From positions 22,313-86,312 of the forward strand of contig JARIGN010000004.1 in assembly GCA_029288835.1 (NCBI GenBank): a DNA stretch of 64,000 bases. Direction: 5' to 3'. Source of the DNA: Candidatus Kaiserbacteria bacterium. Its GTDB lineage: Bacteria; Patescibacteriota; Minisyncoccia; Phycocordibacterales; Phycocordibacteraceae. The translations under genes were made by a program, and so were the position numbers. The stretch's first letter is position 1, and each line of letters begins with the position of its first letter. The notes under the pieces are model-generated. The model did not search any database and was not told where the DNA came from. It saw only the letters and a list, made by a program, of their open reading frames with translations. Positions 9,518 to 19,940 of this stretch are shown here, piece after piece.

Positions 9518-11623
9518 ATGGCAGGTTTCAAGATCCATACGCCGTTCCCTCCAGCAGGGGACCAGCCAAAAGCAATCGAGCAGCTCTCGAAGGGCGTTCG
9601 CGATGGCTTGCGGTACCAAACGCTGCTGGGCGCAACGGGCACGGGAAAGACCTACAGCATTGCAAACGTCATTAATGAGATTCAAAAGCCGACGCTCGTG
9701 ATGGCGCATAACAAGACTCTTGCGGCACAGCTTGCCCAAGAGTATTCAGAATTCTTTCCGGAGAATGCCGTGCACTATTTTGTTTCATACTACGACTACT
9801 ACCAGCCGGAAGCGTACATCGCACACTCCGACACCTACATTGAAAAAGAAGCACAGATTAATGCGGAAATAGACCGCCTGCGCCACGCTGCCACGCAGGC
9901 ACTTCTGACGCGCCAGGACGTCATCATCGTGGCTTCGGTCTCTGCTATCTATGGTCTTGGTTCTCCGGCAAATTATGAAAAAGTGCATATAAAAATTGCG
10001 AAGGGTGCAGAGGAGAATCGCGCCGCGCTCATCCGCAAGCTCGTGGGTATTTATTTCGAGCGCACCACTGCAGACCTCATGCCGGGGCATATTCGCGCGG
10101 TGGGAAATGTGGTGGAGTTTATGCCCGTGAACGAGCGTGCTATCTACCGCGTCTCTTTTACGGAAGGGGAAGCGGGTACGGTTGTTTCAGCTATCGAGCA
10201 GCTCGATCCTATTTCTCGTGCCAAAATCTCGGACCATGACTCAGTATTTGTGTTCCCGGCAAAGCACTTCGTCTCCGATGAAGCTGAGCGAACTCGTGCG
10301 CTCGCCGATATTCAGCTCGAGCTTGAAGAACGCCTTGCGCAGCTTAAGCGCGAAGAAAAGCTTCTCGAGGCAGAGCGCCTCAAGCGTCGCACGCAGCACG
10401 ACATTGCCATGATTCGCGAGATTGGCTACACCAACGGTATTGAAAACTATTCGCGTCATTTTGACGGCCGTGCACCGGGTGAGGCACCCTATACCTTGCT
10501 TTCGTATTTTCCGCACAAAAAAGATGGCACGCCCGACTTCCTCACGGTGCTCGATGAGTCCCATGTAACGGTCTCGCAAATCGGCGGCATGTATGCGGGT
10601 GACCGCTCACGCAAGGACACGCTCATAGAGTTTGGGTTCCGCCTACCTTCAGCCCGAGACAACCGCCCCCTTAAGTTTGAGGAGTTTGAGCAGCGCGTAG
10701 GCCAGCTTATCTTTACGAGTGCTACGCCTGGCGCCTATGAGAAAGAAAAAAGTGTGCCGCCGGAAGGAAAGGTGGTGGAGCAGATCATTCGCCCAACCGG
10801 TCTTATTGACCCAGAGCTTATCCTTAAGCCTATTGTCGGAAGTGAAGCTTCCGTTGATGATAAAGGAAAGGAAGTACCCGCATACCCAGGGCAAATCGCA
10901 GACTTTATCGAGGAGGCCGCTACCGTCATCAAGCGTGGCGGCCGTGCACTCGCCACCACCCTCACCAAGCAAATGGCTGAGGACCTCGCCACCTTTTTGC
11001 GCGAGCGCGGCATTAAGGCGGAATATCTCCACAGCGACGTGAAGACCATTGATCGCATCACTATTCTCACGGAGTTCCGTAAAGGCACGTTTGATATTTT
11101 GGTTGGAGTGAACCTTCTACGTGAAGGTCTTGACCTTCCGGAAGTGGAGCTCGTGGGAATCCTCGATGCAGACAAGGAAGGCTTCCTACGATCGGAAACA
11201 TCACTTATCCAGACTATTGGCCGCGCTGCACGAAACATTCTCGGGCGCGTCATCCTCTATGCTGATGTCATGACTGGCTCGATGGAGCGTGCTATCAACG
11301 AAACAAATCGTCGTCGTGCCATCCAACTTGCCTATAACAAGGAGCACAACATCACGCCTATGACGATCAAGAAGGAAATTCGCGACATTTCCGAGTCAAT
11401 GCGCAGCGAGCATGATAAGACCATTGATTCGCTTCTCACCCTTGACCAAAAGATGTATGAGGAAGACCCTGAGGCATTTATTGCGGATAAGCGTCGCCAG
11501 ATGGAGGAAGCGGTGGAGCTGCTTGATTTTGAGACGGCGGCGCTTATCCGCGATGAAATCCTTAAGCTCGAAGGAAAAGAAATCCCCGCGAAGTCAAAAA
11601 GCCGCCGTGGACGCAAACGCTAG
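9518..11623 (+). CDS. uvrB: Excinuclease ABC subunit B
   Basis: GATGTGKT, YYDYYQPEAY, DESH, NLLREGLDLPEV, LIQTIGRAARN, C-terminal UVR domain. Confidence 0.98.
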   Translation: MAGFKIHTPFPPAGDQPKAIEQLSKGVRDGLRYQTLLGATGTGKTYSIANVINEIQKPTLVMAHNKTLAAQLAQEYSEFFPENAVHYFVSYYDYYQPEAYIAHSDTYIEKEAQINAEIDRLRHAATQALLTRQDVIIVASVSAIYGLGSPANYEKVHIKIAKGAEENRAALIRKLVGIYFERTTADLMPGHIRAVGNVVEFMPVNERAIYRVSFTEGEAGTVVSAIEQLDPISRAKISDHDSVFVFPAKHFVSDEAERTRALADIQLELEERLAQLKREEKLLEAERLKRRTQHDIAMIREIGYTNGIENYSRHFDGRAPGEAPYTLLSYFPHKKDGTPDFLTVLDESHVTVSQIGGMYAGDRSRKDTLIEFGFRLPSARDNRPLKFEEFEQRVGQLIFTSATPGAYEKEKSVPPEGKVVEQIIRPTGLIDPELILKPIVGSEASVDDKGKEVPAYPGQIADFIEEAATVIKRGGRALATTLTKQMAEDLATFLRERGIKAEYLHSDVKTIDRITILTEFRKGTFDILVGVNLLREGLDLPEVELVGILDADKEGFLRSETSLIQTIGRAARNILGRVILYADVMTGSMERAINETNRRRAIQLAYNKEHNITPMTIKKEIRDISESMRSEHDKTIDSLLTLDQKMYEEDPEAFIADKRRQMEEAVELLDFETAALIRDEILKLEGKEIPAKSKSRRGRKR

Positions 11624-11641
11624 GGAGTATACTACATACTA

Positions 11642-12754
11642 ATGAGCCTCGGACTGATTCTCGCCGTTCTTATGCTCGTCATACTGGCGGGCTCTGCTGG
11701 CCTTTTGTATTACACCTCCGTCTTTATTCAGTCCCATCTTGCTCTCTTCATTCCTGATACGAGCAGTGCAGAATATGCGGCTATCCACCAACTTTTCATC
11801 CAACAAATTGCCCTCGTAGGCATAGGAGAGATACTTATTGTCCTTCTTGCCTTTATTTTGATTGGGTCACTTGTCGTGAGCCCACTCCGTCAGCTCGCGA
11901 AAGCTATTGCCAATTTTACTGAAGACTTTACCGTTGCACTCCCGCCGTTCTCGGGTATGGTGCCGAGCGAAGTACATTCTATTGCTGCCGCATTCCAAAC
12001 TTTCTCTGCACGCGTATCTGAAGCGCATCAAAAAGATCAAGAGATATCTCGCGTAAAATCAGACTTTATTTCAACCGTGGCGCACCAGCTCCGCACACCC
12101 CTCACGGGAATTCGCTGGGCACTTGAAGCCCTCGAAAAGGAGCCAATCACTCCTGAGCAGCTTCAGATTGTGGAAAGCGCGGTAACCAAAAGCCACGATT
12201 TAGTCGCGATTGTGGGGACCTTGCTTGATATCTCAAGCATCGAGTCAGGTAAGTTTAAATATGCATTTGTCCAATTTGACCTAAGCGAGCTCGTATCCGA
12301 GGTAGCAAAAGATTTGGAACCTATGGCCCAGAAAGCAGGTATCACTTTTTATTATGCAAAAGAAGAGGCACCGCTTCCCCTCGTGTATGGAGACCGAGAC
12401 AGGCTGAAGTGGGTGCTCAATAACCTCGTTGAGAATGCTATCCGATATACGCCGTCACCGGGAAGTGTGCATATAAGCACAGACGCAACAGCGTTACGCG
12501 TAAATGTGCGTGTGCGTGACACGGGTATAGGGATCCAGGAAGAAGACAAGGGTAATATTTTTGAACGTTTTTATCGGGGAGAAAATGCTCGCGCAAAGGA
12601 AAACCAGGGAAATGGCTTGGGGCTTTATATTGCGCGCACAATAGCTAAAGACCATGGGGGAGATCTTAATTTCATGGCAAATGAAGAAGGACCTGGCACA
12701 ACCTTTGTCCTTTCGCTTCCTGTGGCTAGTGAAGTTGCAGGGCAGGGAATGTAG
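11642..12754 (+). CDS. Two-TM HAMP sensor histidine kinase
   Basis: Two TM helices, HAMP, H-box AHQLRTPL, NLVENAIRY, DTGIGI, FERFYR, GNGLGL. Confidence 0.93.
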   Translation: MSLGLILAVLMLVILAGSAGLLYYTSVFIQSHLALFIPDTSSAEYAAIHQLFIQQIALVGIGEILIVLLAFILIGSLVVSPLRQLAKAIANFTEDFTVALPPFSGMVPSEVHSIAAAFQTFSARVSEAHQKDQEISRVKSDFISTVAHQLRTPLTGIRWALEALEKEPITPEQLQIVESAVTKSHDLVAIVGTLLDISSIESGKFKYAFVQFDLSELVSEVAKDLEPMAQKAGITFYYAKEEAPLPLVYGDRDRLKWVLNNLVENAIRYTPSPGSVHISTDATALRVNVRVRDTGIGIQEEDKGNIFERFYRGENARAKENQGNGLGLYIARTIAKDHGGDLNFMANEEGPGTTFVLSLPVASEVAGQGM

Positions 12755-12766
12755 TATACTTGAGCT

Positions 12767-13204
12767 ATGAACAACGACTTTATCCTGATTGTGGAAGACG
12801 ACCCTGTGTTGCGGAATTTGCTCGGTAGAACCCTCGGAACTACGTATCCCGTCTTTTATGCATCAGATGGCCAGGAAGCTCTTGATTTCTTTGAACAGCA
12901 TAAGCCTTCACTCGTGCTTCTTGATCTTATGCTTCCTACCGTAGACGGGTTTGCCGTGCTCCAAAACATTCGCAGCCGTACTGATGAAACAAAAAATGTT
13001 CCGGTCATTATTGTCTCCAACCTTGGCCAGGAGAAAGATAAGGAGCGTGCAATTTCCCTTGGAGCAAACGAGTATCTTGTAAAGGCTGAAGTATCAATCG
13101 AAGACATCATTGCAAAGATGCAGGAAAAGCTAAAGGCACATGCGGGCGTCGCATCAGCACCTGAAGCAGACATAACACCTACTGCAGAGCCTGAAGCTTC
13201 ATAA
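12767..13204 (+). CDS. Single-domain response regulator (receiver only)
   Basis: ILIVEDD, LLDLMLP, VPVIIVSN, YLVK. No output domain. Confidence 0.93.
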   Translation: MNNDFILIVEDDPVLRNLLGRTLGTTYPVFYASDGQEALDFFEQHKPSLVLLDLMLPTVDGFAVLQNIRSRTDETKNVPVIIVSNLGQEKDKERAISLGANEYLVKAEVSIEDIIAKMQEKLKAHAGVASAPEADITPTAEPEAS

Positions 13205-13297
13205 GAATGAAGTGGCAGCCTATGCTGCTTACTGATATACTACTTTAGTACCTGTCCCGCCACGGACAGGCATTCCGCTATCTAAGACCATCGAGTC

Positions 13298-16069
13298 ATG
13301 GCTAAAGAAAAAGAATCTGCAAAAAATAAGCATGAGCAGCACCAAGGCGCGAGTTGGATCGGCGTTAAGGGGGCACGTACCCATAATTTAAAAAACATTA
13401 GCGTCGACATTCCGCGCGGCGTTATGACCGTGCTCACCGGCCTTTCTGGCTCAGGAAAGTCCTCGCTCGCGTTTGACACTATTTTCGCTGAAGGACAGCG
13501 CCGCTATGTGGAGTCTCTTTCTGCCTATGCCCGCCAGTTCTTGAACCAGATGCAGAAGCCTGACGTGGACGAGATTACCGGGCTTTCCCCTGCTATTTCC
13601 ATAGACCAAAAAAGCCGCTCCAATAACCCGCGCTCGACCGTAGCGACCGTCACTGAAATATACGACTACCTGCGCGTGCTCTATGCCCGTGCTGGCCAGC
13701 CATACTGCGTGAACCATGACGTGCCAATTTCCAAGCTTTCAAAGGAAGAAATGATCAATATTATTTGGAGAAAAGTCTCTGAAAAGACTGGAGAAGCAAA
13801 CGCGAAGGATGTGGCTGCCAAAGAGCAGGCAGAAGCGTCAGGTACCAAGACTAAAGTGATGGGCGTGGAGTTTGACCGTAGTACCGTGACTATTCTGGCT
13901 CCCGTTGTGGTCGGCCGTAAAGGCGAATACTATCAGCTCCTCTACGACCTCCTCGGGAAAGGCTTTGAAAAGGTTATGGTAGACGGGAAGACGCAGTCAT
14001 TGCGCGAGAAAATCGTGCTCGATAGAAACAAGCGGCACGATATTGATGCCGTGGTAGATACTATTTTTGTTACGGAATTTGTGCGCAGCCCAGACGCAGC
14101 GCGGGAGCGCCTTTCTGAAGCGCTCGAGCTCGCACTCAAGGAAAGCGACGGCCTTGTGAAGATCATCCATGCCGATGGTTCACCAGAAACACTATCTGCA
14201 AAGTTTATTTGTCCCGAAGACGGCATGTCCTTCCCCGAGGTGGAGCCGCGCCTTTTCTCCTTCAATAGCCCGTACGGCGCCTGCCCAAGCTGTAACGGCC
14301 TCGGAACAAAGTCTTTCTTTTCTGATGAGCCATGCCCGGTGTGTCATGGGCTTCGCCTCCGTGAAGAAGCGCTTCGTGTGTATTTGAAGGGCAAAAGCTC
14401 TGGGAAAGTGGCAAAGAAAGTGGCGAAAAGCGATAAGAAAGACGAGGACAAAAACTATGACCATAATGGTCTTGGAAAAAATATTGTGGATTTCACCGGG
14501 CTTTCTATTAAAGAAGCGAAAGAATTTATAAACGAGCTCGACCTCAGCGATTTCCGCATGGAAATCGCTGCACCGATGATTCGCGAAATCGAAAGCCGCC
14601 TCGATTTCATGCTTAATGTCGGCCTCGACTATCTGAGCCTTAACCGCTCGGCAGCAACGCTCTCAGGAGGAGAGTCACAACGCATCCGCCTTGCGTCACA
14701 GCTTGGCACCGGGCTTGTGGGTGCGCTCTATGTGCTCGACGAGCCAACTATCGGCCTCCACCAGCGTGACAATGATCGCCTCATCCAAACGCTCCTTACA
14801 CTCAAGGAGCTTGGGAACACGATTCTCGTTGTCGAACACGATGAAGACACCATCTATTCTTCAGACTATATAGTGGATATTGGACCAGGTGCAGGCGTAC
14901 ATGGAGGAAGTGTGGTCGCGAGTGGATGGCTTGATGACTTGCTCACCGCGCCAAAAAATGAAAGTGGCTCCGTGACCCTTTCGTACCTGCGTGGTGAAAA
15001 AGAAATTCCGATTCCTGAGGAGCGTCGCACAGGTGAAAAGGGCAGCATCAAGATCCGCGGAGCAACACTGCACAACCTGCACAACCAAAACATTGACGTG
15101 CCGCTTGGAAAGCTCGTGTGTATCACGGGTGTGTCAGGCTCTGGAAAGTCTACCTTCCTGTATGACATCCTGCACAAAAACGTAGCAGCACGCATGAGCA
15201 AGCGTGAGTCGGAGGTAGTGAATTGTGCCTCTATGACCGGCACCGAGTACATTGGCCGTGTCATCCTTATGGACCAGTCTGCTATCGGTCGTACCCCGCG
15301 CTCAAACCCTGCCACGTACACCGGTGCCTTCACGCACATTCGAGACCTGCTCGCTGCCACCAGTGAAGCTCGTGCGCGTGGCTGGAAGCCTGGACGCTTC
15401 TCCTTCAATGTGCCCGGCGGACGCTGCGAAGCGTGCCAAGGAAACGGCGTTATAGCGGTGGAGATGCATTTCCTCCCGACCGTCTACGTAACTTGCGACG
15501 TCTGTAACGGTACGCGCTTCATGAAAGAAACGCTTGAGGCAACGTATCGCGGAAAAAATATCTATGAAATTCTTCAAATGACCATTGAAGAAGCAGAGGT
15601 ATTCTTTAAGGAAATTCCTGCCATCAATGAGCGTCTCGAGACACTAAACGCAACCGGTCTCCAGTACCTCACTCTCGGCCAAAGTGCGACGACTCTTTCT
15701 GGAGGTGAAGCGCAGCGCGTAAAGATCGCTTCTGAGCTGTATCGTCCCACCACGATGAAGACGCTGTACCTTCTCGACGAGCCAACCGTCGGTCTTCACT
15801 ACGAAGATGTGCGAAAGCTCATTGAGATCTTGCAAGAGCTCGTCCGCCGTGGGAATACGGTGGTGGTGATCGAGCACAACCTTGATGTGATTAAGTGCGC
15901 GGACTATCTCATCGACTTTGGTCCTGAAGGCGGCGTGCACGGCGGAAAAGTTATTGCAAAAGGAACTCCCGAAGAGGTTGCAGAAACGGAGGGCTCCTTT
16001 ACCGGCGAGTATCTCTCAAAAGTATTTAAGAAAGCAAAACAGTCGAAGCAGTCAAAAGCGAAAAAGTAG
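13298..16069 (+). CDS. uvrA: Excinuclease ABC subunit A
   Basis: Two ABC cassettes: [16 protein letters not shown] and [24 protein letters not shown] zinc finger. Confidence 0.98.
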   Translation: MAKEKESAKNKHEQHQGASWIGVKGARTHNLKNISVDIPRGVMTVLTGLSGSGKSSLAFDTIFAEGQRRYVESLSAYARQFLNQMQKPDVDEITGLSPAISIDQKSRSNNPRSTVATVTEIYDYLRVLYARAGQPYCVNHDVPISKLSKEEMINIIWRKVSEKTGEANAKDVAAKEQAEASGTKTKVMGVEFDRSTVTILAPVVVGRKGEYYQLLYDLLGKGFEKVMVDGKTQSLREKIVLDRNKRHDIDAVVDTIFVTEFVRSPDAARERLSEALELALKESDGLVKIIHADGSPETLSAKFICPEDGMSFPEVEPRLFSFNSPYGACPSCNGLGTKSFFSDEPCPVCHGLRLREEALRVYLKGKSSGKVAKKVAKSDKKDEDKNYDHNGLGKNIVDFTGLSIKEAKEFINELDLSDFRMEIAAPMIREIESRLDFMLNVGLDYLSLNRSAATLSGGESQRIRLASQLGTGLVGALYVLDEPTIGLHQRDNDRLIQTLLTLKELGNTILVVEHDEDTIYSSDYIVDIGPGAGVHGGSVVASGWLDDLLTAPKNESGSVTLSYLRGEKEIPIPEERRTGEKGSIKIRGATLHNLHNQNIDVPLGKLVCITGVSGSGKSTFLYDILHKNVAARMSKRESEVVNCASMTGTEYIGRVILMDQSAIGRTPRSNPATYTGAFTHIRDLLAATSEARARGWKPGRFSFNVPGGRCEACQGNGVIAVEMHFLPTVYVTCDVCNGTRFMKETLEATYRGKNIYEILQMTIEEAEVFFKEIPAINERLETLNATGLQYLTLGQSATTLSGGEAQRVKIASELYRPTTMKTLYLLDEPTVGLHYEDVRKLIEILQELVRRGNTVVVIEHNLDVIKCADYLIDFGPEGGVHGGKVIAKGTPEEVAETEGSFTGEYLSKVFKKAKQSKQSKAKK

Positions 16070-16103
16070 GGCGAAAGGCAGTAGCGAGTGTAGAGTAATG
16101 CCT

Positions 16104-16138
16104 AAAAGAAAACAGCTCCGTCTCCGAAGCTGTTTTCC
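16104..16138. terminator. Bidirectional-looking intrinsic terminator
   Basis: Stem gaaaacagct/agctgttttc. U-tract is stronger on the minus strand (ttttctttt). Confidence 0.75.
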
Positions 16139-16177
16139 CGTCATCGCATTGGGTTTACCATGACCACCCTGAGTACC
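16104..16177 (-). ncRNA. Candidate small RNA (about 75 nt) of unknown family
   Basis: Minus-strand TTGACA-N16-TATCAT (16208-16181) directly upstream, intrinsic terminator downstream, no credible ORF. Confidence 0.4.
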
Positions 16178-16224
16178 TTTATGATACTCCCGGTAAAATT
16201 CATGTCAACTAGCCAAAGTATAAC

Positions 16225-16325
16225 TACTGGCGCTGGCGTGAGGCACGACCCCCAATGACTTACTTCTCAGGGTGGTCATGCGGTCATTCCGCCGCCAGCA
16301 GTACAAGCCTATCAAGTAGCGATGA
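16225..16325. ncRNA. Candidate structured RNA element (long imperfect hairpin), strand uncertain
   Basis: GC-rich island in an AT-rich gap. Pairings tact/agta, gctggcg/cgccagc, gacc/ggtc. Has 15-nt perfect inverted match to the neighbouring candidate sRNA. Confidence 0.3.
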
Positions 16326-16425
16326 GATAAAAGTAAAAAATATATCAAATAACGCTGAGTTTTTGACAAAATCATATTAGTAATGAGTATTCAACTTCGT
16401 ATTATAATAAAATATAGCTTTATTC

Positions 16426-17796
16426 ATGCAGAAAACTGATTTAGCAAAATTTGATTTGCCTGACTGCCCGGGCGTGTACCTTTTCACCCATGGCAAAGGT
16501 AAAAGTAAGAAAGTCCTGTATGTAGGGAAGGCTACTTCCTTGCGTGACCGTGTGCGTTCGTACTTTGATGATGACCTTATAGCCACGCGTGGCCCACGCC
16601 TTGTGGATATGGTGACGCGCGCCGATGGCATTATGCATGAGACGACACCGACAGTACTTGAAGCGCTTGTACGTGAAGCTGCGCTCATCCGCTACTACAA
16701 CCCACCGGCGAATTCCATGGGCAAGGATGATAAGTCATTTCTGTATGCCGTTATCACTGATGAGCAGATACCGCGGATTCTCGCTATTCGTGGCACGGAG
16801 ATAGACTTCGAGAAAAAGCTGACGACAAGCGCATACGTCCAATCTGCCTCAAGCAAAGTACTTAAACTCAAAGCTATCTATGGGCCGTTTCCTTCCGGAT
16901 ACCAGCTGCGCGAAGGTCTTCGCCTTATTCGCCGCATCTTTCCGTTTTATGACACCAACAGGTCCATTGAGGAGATTGCGACCGGTCGCAATAAGCATGT
17001 GCAGGCAAATGTGGAGTTCAAGCGCCAGATAGGATTGTATCCGCGGAATATGGATCGCAAAGAATATCTACGATCTATTCGTAATGTTGGCCTCTTTCTT
17101 TCCGGGCGCATCAAAACACTTCGCACCACTCTCACTGCTGAAATGAAGCAAGCTGCTAAAGAGGAGCGCTTCGAAGATGCAGGGGAGATTCGTCGGCAGC
17201 TTTTTGCCCTCGACCATATTCAGGACGTGTCGCTCATTAAGGAAGACTGGAACAAAGGAAAGGAAGCGCCACGAATTGAAGCCTATGACACCGCGCACCT
17301 CGCCGGCAGCAATGCTATTGGCGTGATGACCGTGGTGGAGAATGGCATGCCACTCAAGAAGGAATACCGCACTTTCCGTATTCGCGGGTATATGCAGAAA
17401 GAACCTAAAAAAAAGGTTGATGCAACCAAGGCAGGCGAGTCCGCTAAGAAAACAGGCAAGGAGGTGAAGAGGATGAACGACGACATTGCTTCCCTTAAGG
17501 AAATCCTTTCCCGTAGGCTTGGGCATCCAGAGTGGCCAATGCCACGTGCCATCATTGTAGATGGTGGCAAGACGCACAAGAAGGCCGCTGAGACGGTGCT
17601 TGCTGAGCTTGGGATCGGTATACCAGTCGTGGCCGTGGTGAAGGATGAAAAGCATCGGCCGCGGGAAGTGATCGGCTCGCTTCGTGCGGGAATCAGTGAT
17701 GCTGATGCCGTCCTTGCAAATTCCGAAGCCCACCGCTTTTCCATAACCCTTCATCGTAAGGCACGTTCACGCTCTATGCGGTCTTCAGTCACATAA
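16426..17796 (+). CDS. uvrC: Excinuclease ABC subunit C, shortened form
   Basis: GIY-YIG (PGVYLF..LYVGKATSLRDRVRSYF), UVR domain, RNase H-like RIEAYDTAH, IIVDGGK, SEAHRFSI. No HhH tail. Confidence 0.9.
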   Translation: MQKTDLAKFDLPDCPGVYLFTHGKGKSKKVLYVGKATSLRDRVRSYFDDDLIATRGPRLVDMVTRADGIMHETTPTVLEALVREAALIRYYNPPANSMGKDDKSFLYAVITDEQIPRILAIRGTEIDFEKKLTTSAYVQSASSKVLKLKAIYGPFPSGYQLREGLRLIRRIFPFYDTNRSIEEIATGRNKHVQANVEFKRQIGLYPRNMDRKEYLRSIRNVGLFLSGRIKTLRTTLTAEMKQAAKEERFEDAGEIRRQLFALDHIQDVSLIKEDWNKGKEAPRIEAYDTAHLAGSNAIGVMTVVENGMPLKKEYRTFRIRGYMQKEPKKKVDATKAGESAKKTGKEVKRMNDDIASLKEILSRRLGHPEWPMPRAIIVDGGKTHKKAAETVLAELGIGIPVVAVVKDEKHRPREVIGSLRAGISDADAVLANSEAHRFSITLHRKARSRSMRSSVT

Positions 17797-17814
17797 GTCT
17801 GGTATACTTGAAGC

Positions 17815-18819
17815 ATGTACGGCACCGTTGTCGGCGTTCTTCGAGGAGGTACTTCAGGCGAGCATGATATCTCGCTTAAGAGCGGGCATGCTGTGGTGGC
17901 AAATCTTCCGCGCGATAAGTACACGGTTAAGGATATCTATATAGACAAGGAAGGGAGTTGGCATGAGCGCGGCAAGCCTTCTACTCCTGCGGATATTTTG
18001 CGCTCGGTTGATGTGGTCCTCAGCACGCTCCATGGCGCCTATGGTGAAAGCGGCGAGCTCCAGCGCATGCTTGAGCAGTTTTCCGTGCCGTATGTCGGTG
18101 CTGACCCACTCAATTCCTATTTTGCGCTTCACAAAGTCCTCTCAAAGGAGAAAGCACGGGAGGTTGGCATCAAAACGCCCAAGTATATGTGGGTGCAGAT
18201 GGGTTCCGATGTAGGGAAGATTTCCTATGACATTATTCGTAACCTGCAGCAGCCGGTCGTGTTAAAGCCCGTCACCGGCGGCTCATCGCTTGGCATTAGT
18301 ATGGCGGGCGGTTATGCGCAGGTACACACCGCTCTTGCAAAGCTTTTGGAAGAAAGTGATGTGCTCGTTGAGGAACGAGTATGGGGTACTGAAGCGACGG
18401 TCGGTGTTGTGGAGAATTTTCGGGACGAAAAGCTTTATGCGCTACCTCCTATAGAAATTATTCCACCGCAAGGCGATTTCTTTTCGTATGAGGCGAAATA
18501 TACCGGCAAAAGCATTGAGCGTGTGCCCGGATATTTTTCTAAAGAAATACAGGAAGAGCTGGTGCACGCAGCCCGACGCATGCATGAAGCGCTTGGGCAG
18601 CGGCATTATTCTCGCTCAGACTTTATTGTGACCAAAAAGGGCATTTATTTCCTCGAGCTTAATAGCGCCGTAGCATGCGGTCTCACCAAGGAATCACTTT
18701 TCCCGAAAGCGCTTGCGTCGGTCGGCGTGCAGTTTCCTGATTTTCTTTCGCACATCATTGACCGCGCGATGATAAAAAGCAAGCCGCTTTTTAGCCATAG
18801 TGAATGGCAGATTGCGTAA
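17815..18819 (+). CDS. ddl: D-alanine--D-alanine ligase family ATP-grasp protein
   Basis: GGTSGEHDISLKSG, LHGAYGESG, KPVTGGSSLG, FSYEAKY, RSDFI, YFLELN. Confidence 0.88.
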   Translation: MYGTVVGVLRGGTSGEHDISLKSGHAVVANLPRDKYTVKDIYIDKEGSWHERGKPSTPADILRSVDVVLSTLHGAYGESGELQRMLEQFSVPYVGADPLNSYFALHKVLSKEKAREVGIKTPKYMWVQMGSDVGKISYDIIRNLQQPVVLKPVTGGSSLGISMAGGYAQVHTALAKLLEESDVLVEERVWGTEATVGVVENFRDEKLYALPPIEIIPPQGDFFSYEAKYTGKSIERVPGYFSKEIQEELVHAARRMHEALGQRHYSRSDFIVTKKGIYFLELNSAVACGLTKESLFPKALASVGVQFPDFLSHIIDRAMIKSKPLFSHSEWQIA

Positions 18820-18823
18820 GTAT

Positions 18824-19162
18824 ATGTCTGAACTACTTTCAAAAAAGTGCATTCCATGTGAAGGCGGCACATTGCCACTTTCGCCTGAGCAGGCTGCAGA
18901 GTTGCACACACAAATTCCCGACTGGCAAATTGCTGAAGAGGGAGGCATGCCGAAGAAAATTACGAGAAGCTGGAAATTTGCGGACTTTGCGGAGGCTCTC
19001 GCTTTTGCAAATAAAGTAGGAGCCTTAGCCGAAGAAGAAGGCCACCATCCAGATTTGCTCGTGTCCTGGGGCAAGGTTGGCGTGGAGCTCTCAACACATT
19101 CAATAGGAGGCCTTTCTGAAAACGACTTTATTATAGCCGCAAAAATAGACGCACTTTCGTAG
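18824..19162 (+). CDS. Pterin-4-alpha-carbinolamine dehydratase
   Basis: KKCIPCEGG, FADFAEALAFANKVGALAEEEGHHPD, THSIGGLSENDFIIAAKID. Confidence 0.93.
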   Translation: MSELLSKKCIPCEGGTLPLSPEQAAELHTQIPDWQIAEEGGMPKKITRSWKFADFAEALAFANKVGALAEEEGHHPDLLVSWGKVGVELSTHSIGGLSENDFIIAAKIDALS

Positions 19163-19267
19163 CTGGCAAGTTTCGGGACCACAGGGCAGATCTACCGGTG
19201 AGGTGTAGACAATTTTTCCCTTGCCATGCTATAGTTTTTTGACCATCAGCGGCAACGCCGATACGAT

Positions 19268-19340
19268 GGGCCGTTAGCTCAGTTGGTAGAGCATCTCATT
19301 TGCAATGAGAGGGTCGCAGGTTCGAATCCTGTACGGTCCA
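19268..19340 (+). tRNA. tRNA-Ala(TGC)
   Basis: Cloverleaf: acceptor gggccgt/acggtcc with G3:U70, anticodon arm tctca-tttgcaa-tgaga, T-loop ggttcgaatcc. Confidence 0.96.
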
Positions 19341-19406
19341 CAAAAGTTTGACAAATTTATAAATAAGTATTAATTTATCTTCGGCTGAACACAGGAGTTG
19401 CCGCCA

Positions 19407-19829
19407 ATGCTTTACCCAGACCGCCTGGGTAACTCTAGGCGAAAGGCTCGACCCAGTTATGCCGAAAGGCGTGAGTGGGGAAGGGAGGCAGAGGAGCGTT
19501 TTTTTCGAATCTGCGCAGAAAGCTTGCGCACGGACAAGCTTCCCGAGTGGGTAGAAAGTGTACGTGAAGCCACTGTCGAGGAAGACCATCAAGGCATTGA
19601 TGCGTGGCTTCTCACTAGTGATCCTTTTTATATTCCTATTAATGTAAAGCGTTCGATTCAATCCGGCCGCGCTAGTAGGCGGCGGCAGTGGAACACTCGC
19701 TCACTTCGAGACCGGCGAAAAGACATAGTGGAAGTAGTAGCCTCTCCACATGCCTCTGATGAAGCGATTCTGGGCCAAATAATAAGAAAAATAGAGAAAT
19801 GGCGCCGTACCTACGGGTACATCCGCTAA
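19407..19829 (+). CDS. Hypothetical protein, possible PD-(D/E)XK nuclease-like fold
   Basis: SD AGGAG. GREAEERF helix, then EDHQGIDAWL..IPINVK resembling a D..(Q/E)xK core. Confidence 0.55.
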   Translation: MLYPDRLGNSRRKARPSYAERREWGREAEERFFRICAESLRTDKLPEWVESVREATVEEDHQGIDAWLLTSDPFYIPINVKRSIQSGRASRRRQWNTRSLRDRRKDIVEVVASPHASDEAILGQIIRKIEKWRRTYGYIR

Positions 19830-19854
19830 AATAACCGCCCAGGCGGTTATTTTT
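19828..19854. terminator. Intrinsic terminator
   Basis: aaaataaccgcc-ca-ggcggttattttt. Confidence 0.75.
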
Positions 19855-19940
19855 ATAAACTTGACAATTATGAATTTAAATGCTATTTTTTCTATAGACA
19901 TCCTCATGTGGGGGAATTGAACCGGCCGAGGAGGGCCACT

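Noticed and set aside
16141-16325. CRISPR mini-array or MITE interpretation of the repeats
   Set aside because: Repeats are inverted, only two copies and permuted. No cas or transposase genes and no target-site duplication seen.
16098-16380. Chain of three tiny ATGA-overlapping plus-strand ORFs between uvrA and uvrC
   Set aside because: No SD or correctly spaced -10. The first crosses a terminator. Peptides are featureless and an RNA-level explanation fits better.
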